Of a DNA stretch of 64,000 nt, positions 38,757 through 46,752 are shown one piece after another. A program made the translations under genes and the position numbers. How positions within the stretch are numbered: the first letter of the stretch is position 1; each line of letters opens with the position of its first letter. The notes under the pieces were generated by a model. The model was not told the origin of the DNA and ran no database searches. It saw only the letters and a list, made by a program, of their open reading frames with translations. Source of the DNA: Acidobacteriota bacterium (lineage in GTDB: Bacteria > Acidobacteriota > CAIWXX01); contig JBFMAF010000037.1 in assembly GCA_040755995.1 (NCBI GenBank), positions 128,001-192,000 on the forward strand. The letters are read 5' to 3'.

Positions 38757-38811
38757 CGCCGGACAATCGGCTGGTGATGGGCGGAGGGCCGGTCGGGTTG
38801 AGATTCGGCTC
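38757..38811 (+). repeat. Copy 2 of the 55-bp repeat: intergenic fragment of a PuuB-like gene
   Basis: Matches 28910-28964; all 4 mismatches are at third codon positions. Confidence 0.9.
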
Positions 38812-38861
38812 TGGGATCCTTCAGCCGACACGTCGTGCCTCGACAGACGAATCGAAGGCTC

Positions 38862-39341
38862 CTATCTCCACCCGCGCTCGAATGGTCTCCCCGTGGTGAA
38901 CAGGATGTACTCCTGACGCGCATCCGGCCCATGGCGGCGAGATTCGCTCAAGATGGAATCCTGCCATGATTCCCCGATCGGCTCATCAAGGGAGCTCAGG
39001 AAATGGTGTTCGGGGCCGGGTGCACCATATGTCTCCGCTGTCACGTAGACGTCGTAGCCATCGAGAAGCACGAACGCGCCGCCGCCAACCTGAGTCTGGG
39101 GAACCGTCTTCTCCTGGTTCGGCTCCTTCGACAGAGGCTCACGGTCTTCTGGCAACCTGTTCCCATCGATGCCGGTGTGCTCGGCGCCGGCTTCCTCTCG
39201 GGAATCCACCGCTTGGGGTTCACCCCGCAGTGCGTAGCCACATGCCGGCACACCCAGGGTCTCTTCCTCCTCGCTCATGAGGTTCGCTGAGCAGCTGAGA
39301 ATGATCAGAATCAGGGCGCCCGCAGTGCATGTCATTTGCAT
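38862..39341 (-). CDS. Hypothetical protein or degraded secreted-protein gene
   Basis: GAGGTG before ATG, hydrophobic N-terminus, DVYVTAETYG weakly SBBP-like; no family recognised. Confidence 0.35.
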   Translation of the reverse strand: MQMTCTAGALILIILSCSANLMSEEEETLGVPACGYALRGEPQAVDSREEAGAEHTGIDGNRLPEDREPLSKEPNQEKTVPQTQVGGGAFVLLDGYDVYVTAETYGAPGPEHHFLSSLDEPIGESWQDSILSESRRHGPDARQEYILFTTGRPFERGWR

Positions 39342-39495
39342 TCCCCACCTCAAACACCACAGAAGCAATCAGGTAACCTTTCGATAAAACCCTCAGGACA
39401 GTCGAGACCACATCACTCATTATAATACAGCGGTGCTTTCGCTACGTGCCCGTTCTTGCTCAGTAGGGACATAAGAGCATAAACCGCACACAGCC

Positions 39496-39524
39496 TTGAC
39501 AACGTATGCTCTGCGATCTAGATT
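39496..39524 (+). promoter_or_regulatory. sigma70 promoter
   Basis: TTGACA, 17 nt spacer, TAGATT. The ORF-track TTG start at 39496 is this -35 box. Confidence 0.65.
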
Positions 39525-39585
39525 TCGAAAGAGATGCACAAGGAGTAGACCAGACGGCAGGGGGTTGTGCTCTTCAGTCCGCGCA

Positions 39586-42294
39586 ATGCACGCCTCACGG
39601 GAGAGCGGAGCTATACGGGTGGGATCGCCACGGAGGAGTTCGGCGTCGGGGCGGGGAATCCGCTGCCTTCGCGCGCCTCCTGCGAGTGCTCGATCCCGTG
39701 CGACCTGTACTCTTGTCTTCGTGAGCCTCGTTTGTCTCTCAACCACCCTCCGGAAGCAGCTGGTTCTCGCGCTGGACCGTGACAGAGCCGTCACCCAGTT
39801 TGTGCACGAAGTATGGCAGACGGAGGATGGGTTGCCGCAGAACTCCGTGCGCGCCATCACGCAGACGCGCGATGGATATCTCTGGTTAGGGACTGAAGAA
39901 GGTCTGGTTCGATTCGACGGCGTTGAGTTCTCGGTGTTCGACAAGAGCAATACGCCTGCGTTCAGGAGCAGCAGCATCCTGGCGCTCTGCGAGGACCGCA
40001 CGGGTTCGCTCTGGATCGGCACACACAAGGGCGGTCTCGTTCGTCGCCAGAACGGGAGCTTCCAGGCCCAGGTCGCAGGAGACGGGTTGTCGAATGCCAT
40101 TGTGTGGGCGATCTTTGAGGATCGCGAAGGTAACCTGTGGATTGGGACTGATGAGATGGGCCTGAACCGGCTGAGAGACGGGCAATTGACGGTCTTCGGG
40201 AAGAAGGACGGCCTGCCCAGCGACAAAGTGACCGCCATCTGCCAGGATCGAGAAGACAGCCTCTGGGTCGGGACGGTTGCGGGCCTCTGCCGGTTCAAAG
40301 ATGGGAGGATCACAACCTACACCACCGAGGACGGGCTGTCGAGCAACATTGTGATGTCCCTGTGCGCGGATTCCGCGGGGAACGTGTGGATCGGAACACG
40401 CGGTGGTGGTTTGAACCGTTTTACCGCCGGGTCCATTCTCGCCTATGCGCCGAAGCAATCCGTGTCGATGGACATCATCAGGTGTATCTCGCAGGATGAC
40501 GAGGGTAACTTGTGGATCGGGTCGACGGGTGGAGGCTTGATCCGACTCGTCGACGGTAGGTTCAGCAGGTACTCGACGGATGAAGGCCTCTCACATGAGA
40601 ACGTGGTATCCATATGTGAAGATCGCGAGGGAAGCTTGTGGATCGGCACTGACGGAGGCGGGCTGAACCGGCTGAAGGACGGCAAGGTCGCCGCCCTGAC
40701 GACGCAGGAGGGGCTCTGTCACAACATGGTCTGGGCAATCGAGGAGGGCAGCGATGGAAGTGCATGGTTCGGCACTTGGGGTGGCGGGCTCAGCCAGTTG
40801 AAGCAAGGGGTCTTTCGCAAGTATACGAAGGAAGACAGCTTGGGGAATGACTGGGTGTGGTCGATACACGCTGATCGATCTGGAGCTCTCTGGATCGGGA
40901 CGTACGGAGGGGGCCTCACGCGACTCAAGGACGGCAGGTTTGTGACGTTCACGAAGAAGGACGGACTGCCCAGCGACAACGTGATGTGCATCGCCGAGGA
41001 CCGAGAGGGCACGCTTTGGATCGGCACGTTCGGCGGGGGCGTGGGCTCCTTCAGGAACGGTGCATTCACCTCGTATGGCACCTCGCAAGGCCTTTCGAAC
41101 AATGACGTCATGTTCATCCATGAGGATCGGTCACGTAACTTGTGGATCGGCACCTTTGGCGGTGGCCTCAATCTACTGCACGATGGAGGGTTCACCTCCT
41201 TCTCCGTCAAGGATGGCTTGTCGAGCGACACACTGACATCCATGTACGAGGACACGCAGGGCTCGCTTTGGATCGGGACTTTCGGCGGTGGACTCGTTCG
41301 ATTGCGCAACGGACGCTTCGCGGCCTGCGGGAGGAAGAACGGGCTGTCTGATGACGTGGTCTATTCGATCTTGGAGGACGAGGCAGGCAATCTTTGGATG
41401 AGCTCCAACAAGGGGATCCATCGCGTCGCAAAGAGCGAGCTGAACGACTTCGCAGACGGGAAGATCAAGCACGTCAACTCAACTGCGTTTGGGAAGGCGG
41501 ACGGGATGGAGAGTGCCGAATGCAACAGCGGGGCAGCTTGCAGGACGCGCGATGGGAAGCTCTGGTTCCCGACCATCCGAGGGGCTGTTCTGGTTGAGCC
41601 GAGACGCATGGGAAGCAACAGGCTGCCCCCGCCGGTGTATGTGCGCGAACTTGTGGTTGACAATCGAAGCGTCGGGATACCCACGGCTGCCATTCCGCCG
41701 GGCAGCGAGAAGCTTGAGATCCGGTACACTGCGGTGAGCTTGAAGACGCCGGAGAGGGTGTTCTTCAAGTTCCGACTAGACGGGTTCGAAGGAGAATGGG
41801 TGGAGGCAGGAACGCGCAGAGTTGCCTACTATACGAATATCCCCCCGGGGCGCTACGTCTTCAGAGTGATTGCGTGCAACGATGACGGCGTCTGGAACGA
41901 AACAGGCGCCTCGCTGGAGATCGTGCTCAAACCGCACTTCTACCAGACCTACTGGTTCTACCTCTTGTCCACGTTCGCCGTCGTCATGGCGGCTGCTGCC
42001 TTGCACAGGCTCCGCCTACGGCAGCACAGGGCGCGCGAGAAGGAGCTGGCACAACGCGTCGATGAGGCGCTCGCGAAGATCCGTGTGTTGCGGGGATTCT
42101 TGCCAATATGTGCATCCTGCAAGAGCATTCGAGATGACAAGGGCTATTGGAATCAGCTCGAGCAGTACATCAAAGAGCACACGGAGGTCGAGTTCACTCA
42201 CGGCCTCTGCCCCAAGTGCGTGGAGAAGCTGTACCCGGGCTTCAGCCAGAAATCGGAACGAGCCAAGCTGAAGGGAGGAGCGACAGGGGGGTGA
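39586..42294 (+). CDS. Membrane sensor: 14 Reg_prop repeats, Y_Y_Y domain, TM, C-terminal Cys/His domain; no kinase; start uncertain
   Basis: 14 LWIGT-type blades; YTNIPPGRYVFRV; PHFYQTYWF TM; LPICASCKSIRDDKGYW...FTHGLCPKC. Confidence 0.88.
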   Translation: MHASRESGAIRVGSPRRSSASGRGIRCLRAPPASARSRATCTLVFVSLVCLSTTLRKQLVLALDRDRAVTQFVHEVWQTEDGLPQNSVRAITQTRDGYLWLGTEEGLVRFDGVEFSVFDKSNTPAFRSSSILALCEDRTGSLWIGTHKGGLVRRQNGSFQAQVAGDGLSNAIVWAIFEDREGNLWIGTDEMGLNRLRDGQLTVFGKKDGLPSDKVTAICQDREDSLWVGTVAGLCRFKDGRITTYTTEDGLSSNIVMSLCADSAGNVWIGTRGGGLNRFTAGSILAYAPKQSVSMDIIRCISQDDEGNLWIGSTGGGLIRLVDGRFSRYSTDEGLSHENVVSICEDREGSLWIGTDGGGLNRLKDGKVAALTTQEGLCHNMVWAIEEGSDGSAWFGTWGGGLSQLKQGVFRKYTKEDSLGNDWVWSIHADRSGALWIGTYGGGLTRLKDGRFVTFTKKDGLPSDNVMCIAEDREGTLWIGTFGGGVGSFRNGAFTSYGTSQGLSNNDVMFIHEDRSRNLWIGTFGGGLNLLHDGGFTSFSVKDGLSSDTLTSMYEDTQGSLWIGTFGGGLVRLRNGRFAACGRKNGLSDDVVYSILEDEAGNLWMSSNKGIHRVAKSELNDFADGKIKHVNSTAFGKADGMESAECNSGAACRTRDGKLWFPTIRGAVLVEPRRMGSNRLPPPVYVRELVVDNRSVGIPTAAIPPGSEKLEIRYTAVSLKTPERVFFKFRLDGFEGEWVEAGTRRVAYYTNIPPGRYVFRVIACNDDGVWNETGASLEIVLKPHFYQTYWFYLLSTFAVVMAAAALHRLRLRQHRAREKELAQRVDEALAKIRVLRGFLPICASCKSIRDDKGYWNQLEQYIKEHTEVEFTHGLCPKCVEKLYPGFSQKSERAKLKGGATGG

Positions 42295-42447
42295 AAGCGA
42301 GGAGTGCTATGCCCACCAGCTGGACTGCGACGAATACCACTCTGTACGTTCATGCCGCGAGTCTGTCACTTCGCCTGGAGGTCCCGCGGGGCCTCGGGTC
42401 AGTCGACAGTCCGAAGTTGCGGGATGTCCTGAAGTTGGGTTGATGTC

Positions 42448-43986
42448 GTGCGTGGCATGAGGAACAAGACCCACATCTTCCCGATCACTTGCCTGTGCCT
42501 GCTTCCTTGCTGCCGTCCCTCCTCGCAGTCCCCACGCGATTCGATCAACATCTCCGCCCCCTATGAGTTGGATTCGCTCGATCCACATGAATGCTATCGA
42601 CTCAGCGACTACGCGATCGCGCGGCACTTCTACGAACCGCTTGTGCGAACCGACGCCGAGCTCAAGATCCGGCCCTGCCTCGCGCGGTCGTGGGAGACCC
42701 CTGACCCGCTCACGTGGGTATTCCATCTGGAACCGGCCGCGCGCTTTCACAGCGGCAGAACGCTGCGACCTCAGGACGTGGTCTTCTCTATCGAGCGACT
42801 CGCAAGGAATCCGGCCTTGGGAATGAGAACCCTGATATCAAGTGTCGAGGATGTGAGCGCGGTCGGGCCGGCCAGCGTCAGGATACGGCTGAGGCGACCT
42901 CTTGGCGTCTTCTTGAACAAGCTGATCTTCGTACCAGTCATACCCGAGGGCAGCGACTCTGAGGCACTTGCGGCGCGGGAGGACGGGACTGGACCGTACC
43001 GGCTCGTGGAGTGGGATCGGAGAGCATTGGTGCGCATGATCCGCAACGAGGACTACTGGGGACGGAAGTCGGCGCTTCAACGAGTCACATTCCTCCTGGG
43101 CAGATCTCCCAAACAGGGCGTCGAGGACCTGGTTTCGGGCCGGTGCGATCTCGCAACGTGCAGTGAGGCCGCGTTGAGCGGAACGCAAGAGCGATTGGAG
43201 CGGTATGCGATCTACAATCACCCGAGCATCTTCGTCAAGTATCTCGGATACGATCTCGCCCGGGAACAGACCCCGTACTGTTCTCTCACTCGGAATCCGT
43301 TCAATAACAGACTGGTAAGGCAGGCAATCGACCTGGCAATAGATCGCCGCGAGCTTGTTGCGGCGCTAGGCGTTTCGGCGACCCCTGCCGCCCAACCTGT
43401 CCCCGACTTCATATTCGGGTATCACCCGGCGATGGTTCCAGCCCCGCACGATTTGGCTCGGGCCAGGTCGTTGCTGGACCAGGCTGGACTTGGCGGGGGA
43501 TTTGAGGTCACATTGCACGCCCGTCAGATCTTGCTCACGCCTGCGGAGCTCATCCAGCAACAGCTCGCCCTCGTCGGGATTCGGGTGAAGGTAGAATCGC
43601 TGCCGGACCCCGAATTCTTTCAACGGCTCGCGCGTCAGGACGCATCGTTCTTCATCTCACGCTTCGGTTGCGTCACCGGCGACGCCAGCGACGTGCTGGA
43701 GGACTGCATCCATTCGCCCGACACCCTGGGTTGCTACGGCGGCACCAACTACGGCCGCTACAGCAACCCCGAAATAGACCGCGCCATCGAACAGAGCTCT
43801 CTCGAAACGGATCCACAGGTGAGGAAGAGGGCACTGCAGCTCATCATGGAGACGGTGGCCGAGGAACGCCCGTGGATCCCGCTGTATTTCGAGAAGGAGA
43901 CTTACGCGCTGGACAAGGCCTTCACCTGGCAGCCACGGAATGACAACTTCATACTGGCTGAGGAGATAGGTATAGCGCCAAGGTAG
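42448..43986 (+). CDS. Family 5 ABC substrate-binding lipoprotein (orphan)
   Basis: SLDPH, YEPLVR, PCLARSW, GTGPYRL, VRQAIDLAIDR, NYGRYSNPEID. Confidence 0.88.
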   Translation: MRGMRNKTHIFPITCLCLLPCCRPSSQSPRDSINISAPYELDSLDPHECYRLSDYAIARHFYEPLVRTDAELKIRPCLARSWETPDPLTWVFHLEPAARFHSGRTLRPQDVVFSIERLARNPALGMRTLISSVEDVSAVGPASVRIRLRRPLGVFLNKLIFVPVIPEGSDSEALAAREDGTGPYRLVEWDRRALVRMIRNEDYWGRKSALQRVTFLLGRSPKQGVEDLVSGRCDLATCSEAALSGTQERLERYAIYNHPSIFVKYLGYDLAREQTPYCSLTRNPFNNRLVRQAIDLAIDRRELVAALGVSATPAAQPVPDFIFGYHPAMVPAPHDLARARSLLDQAGLGGGFEVTLHARQILLTPAELIQQQLALVGIRVKVESLPDPEFFQRLARQDASFFISRFGCVTGDASDVLEDCIHSPDTLGCYGGTNYGRYSNPEIDRAIEQSSLETDPQVRKRALQLIMETVAEERPWIPLYFEKETYALDKAFTWQPRNDNFILAEEIGIAPR

Positions 43987-44189
43987 ATCATTGCCCGGCG
44001 TCGATCGCCTCTCGCAGACTCTGGGCCGGTTCTACAGCGGATCGCATTGCGTGCTCACATGGTGAATCTGATGTAGACTCATGACGCGCTGTACAGCGTG
44101 CGCCATTGTCCTCGCGCTCCGAGGAGGACGACGCCGGCGGCGACGGCGGCGGCAGTGCCCCAGGGTGATTTCTTCAGCGAGGTGATGCG

Positions 44190-46679
44190 ATGGATCAGAC
44201 TCGATCGATTCGCGGCGTGTTGTGGGTGACGATATTCGCGCTCATCTTGGCCGTGGGCAACTCCGGCGGCGAGGAGAGCGTGTCCCGGCCGGGCGATCCG
44301 GTCTACCAGGCCCTCAGGCAGGTAACAAGCCTGGATCGCATAATCGCCGCTCAGAATGTGCGCCTGCGGCGCGACGCGGCCGAGCTCGTGTTCGAGCAGG
44401 GGGAGCTCCGTTTCGCTGCTCCAGTGAACGACCGGAACTGGCTGGCAGTGTTCTCCGGGAAGGGGCTTCTGCGGTTGACCCCCAGCACCGTGATCGAACG
44501 CGATCACCTGCGGCTGCTGACCAAGAAGCAATCGCTGGACGTCTTCGAAGAGAGATTCAAGTCGGCCGTGCTGATCTGGGCTGACGGAACGTTCGAGGAG
44601 CTGGCCGGCGCGGGCGCTCCGCAGTCGTCGCCGGCAGGCGACGAGGCGATGAAATCGCTCCGCAAGTTCCAGGAGCTGATGCGAGAGAAGCTGAGGTGGA
44701 ACCTGGAGCTTCGCATCCTACCGGATATGTACAACCCGCCGAAGACCGGCATGTTCGTCGCGTTCGTCCAGGGAGATGAACACTCGAAACTGCTCTACGT
44801 CTTGGACCCGCGTGGCGCCTCCGTCGCGTTGGCGGGGACGGAGGAATCGGGGCTGCTGAACGGGGACGAGGATCAGATCGGCTGGTGGTATTTGTCTCAT
44901 ACCAAGGACGAGTTGGCCGCGGCCGGCGCAGCTCATGAGGATCGAGCGGCGTTTGAGACGATCCAGTACAGTATTGACTGCACGGTCGACAAGTCCGAAA
45001 GCATCAATGCAACGGCAAGGATCCGCGTGCGCATCAAAGAGGATGGTGCAAGGGTGCTGGCTTTCTCACTGGCGCCGAAGCTGGCCATCCGGAAGGTGAC
45101 GCTCTTGCCTGATCAGACTCCAGTGCAGTGGATCAAGGAGGGAGAGAAGGAAGGCGACGACTTCGGAATCGTGCTGCCGCGGCCTGCATCAAAGGACGAG
45201 GAGATCGAGCTGGAGGTGCAGTATGGCGGCAAGGACATCATCGTAGACACCGGCGAGGGCAACTACTTCGTCGGCTGGCGGACGAGCTGGTATCCGAGCG
45301 TCCCCAAGATGGTCGACTACGCCACGTTCGAGTTGGAATTCCGCGTGCCCAAGGGGCACGACGTAGTTGCCGTAGGCGATCTCGTACGGCGTTGGACCGA
45401 AGGCGAGCAGGAGTGCAGCGAATGGCGCACTCCTGTGCCCGTGCTGGTTGCGGGCTTCAACTACGGCAAGTTCGCGAAGCTCGAGCAGAAGGACCCTAAG
45501 ACGGGCGTCACGGTCGAGGTCTACACGAATCCCGGCACGCCGAACTTCATCAAGGAAATCGAGTCCTACATGCAGGCAGCCGAGCGGCCGAACATCGGGG
45601 CGATGATGGACCCCGATGGGGTCAACTACATGGTGATGAACCAGAGCATCGGCAAATGGGACACCACGGCGCTGGCGCAATACACCCTCGCCAACGCCCT
45701 CTTCTCAATGCGCCTCTACTCGCACTACTTCGGGCCGCTGCCTTTCACCAGGATCGCGATAAGCCAGCAGCCGCCGGCGTTCTTCGGTCAGGCTTGGCCG
45801 ACGCTCGTCTACCTCCCGTTCACAGCCTTCATGGGAGGCTACCAGCGGCAGGTCATGGGGCTGGGCGGCGCTGGATTCAGCAGGGGATTCATTCAGGTTG
45901 TCGGGCAGCACGAGGTTGCCCACCAGTGGTGGGGGCATCTGGTCGGTCATGGCAGCTACCGAGACGAATGGCTATCCGAGGGGCTGGCGGAATTCTCCTC
46001 CTCGCTGGCACTTGAGAAGTCTGCCGGATTGAAGAGGGCCAGGGAATTCTGGAAGACGTCGCGAATAGAGATTTCGAACAACCCACGCGCCGAGGTCGAT
46101 CCATACAAGGCCGGCCCGATCTCGCTCGGCTCGCGCCTCGAGACTCAGCGCACAGGCGGTGCGTACGGAGCGATCGTGTATGGGAAGGGGGCTTACATCG
46201 TCCACATGCTGCGGATGATGATGCAGGGGCCGCACGGCCAGGACGACGCATTTGTCGCGATGATGAAGGACTTCACGACACACAATGCCGGTCGAGCCTG
46301 CTCGACGGCCGACTTCAAGGCGGCGGTGGAACGGCACATGACGAAGGAAATGGATGTGGACGGCAATCAGAGAATGGACTGGTTCTTCGGTGAGTGGCTC
46401 GACGGCACGGAGATTCCGAGCTACGAGCTGCAGGCGCGTCTCGATCCGACAGGCAAGGGCCAGCTCCGGCTCACCGGGAGCCTCCGCCAGCAGGGCGTCT
46501 CCGAGAACTTCCGCATGATCGTGCCGATCTACATAGATCTAGGCTCAGACCAAATCGTCCGAATCGGTCGCATCCGCTGCGCAGGCAGCACCGCCGTCCC
46601 TCTGGACGTGACGCTCCCCATAGCCAAGGCCGCAGGCGTGCTGGTCAACGCGAACTACGATGTGCTCTCCCTGGAGTAG
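44190..46679 (+). CDS. Secreted M1-family (gluzincin) aminopeptidase
   Basis: HEVAHQWWG...WLSEGLAEF; GQAWP in place of GAMEN; YGKGAY. Confidence 0.88.
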   Translation: MDQTRSIRGVLWVTIFALILAVGNSGGEESVSRPGDPVYQALRQVTSLDRIIAAQNVRLRRDAAELVFEQGELRFAAPVNDRNWLAVFSGKGLLRLTPSTVIERDHLRLLTKKQSLDVFEERFKSAVLIWADGTFEELAGAGAPQSSPAGDEAMKSLRKFQELMREKLRWNLELRILPDMYNPPKTGMFVAFVQGDEHSKLLYVLDPRGASVALAGTEESGLLNGDEDQIGWWYLSHTKDELAAAGAAHEDRAAFETIQYSIDCTVDKSESINATARIRVRIKEDGARVLAFSLAPKLAIRKVTLLPDQTPVQWIKEGEKEGDDFGIVLPRPASKDEEIELEVQYGGKDIIVDTGEGNYFVGWRTSWYPSVPKMVDYATFELEFRVPKGHDVVAVGDLVRRWTEGEQECSEWRTPVPVLVAGFNYGKFAKLEQKDPKTGVTVEVYTNPGTPNFIKEIESYMQAAERPNIGAMMDPDGVNYMVMNQSIGKWDTTALAQYTLANALFSMRLYSHYFGPLPFTRIAISQQPPAFFGQAWPTLVYLPFTAFMGGYQRQVMGLGGAGFSRGFIQVVGQHEVAHQWWGHLVGHGSYRDEWLSEGLAEFSSSLALEKSAGLKRAREFWKTSRIEISNNPRAEVDPYKAGPISLGSRLETQRTGGAYGAIVYGKGAYIVHMLRMMMQGPHGQDDAFVAMMKDFTTHNAGRACSTADFKAAVERHMTKEMDVDGNQRMDWFFGEWLDGTEIPSYELQARLDPTGKGQLRLTGSLRQQGVSENFRMIVPIYIDLGSDQIVRIGRIRCAGSTAVPLDVTLPIAKAAGVLVNANYDVLSLE

Positions 46680-46752
46680 CAGCTTTCGTGAACGAGGCGC
46701 ACGTGAGCCTCACGCCGGTCGGCGGGTGCGCCGCGTCCTGGTGCCGCTGAGG

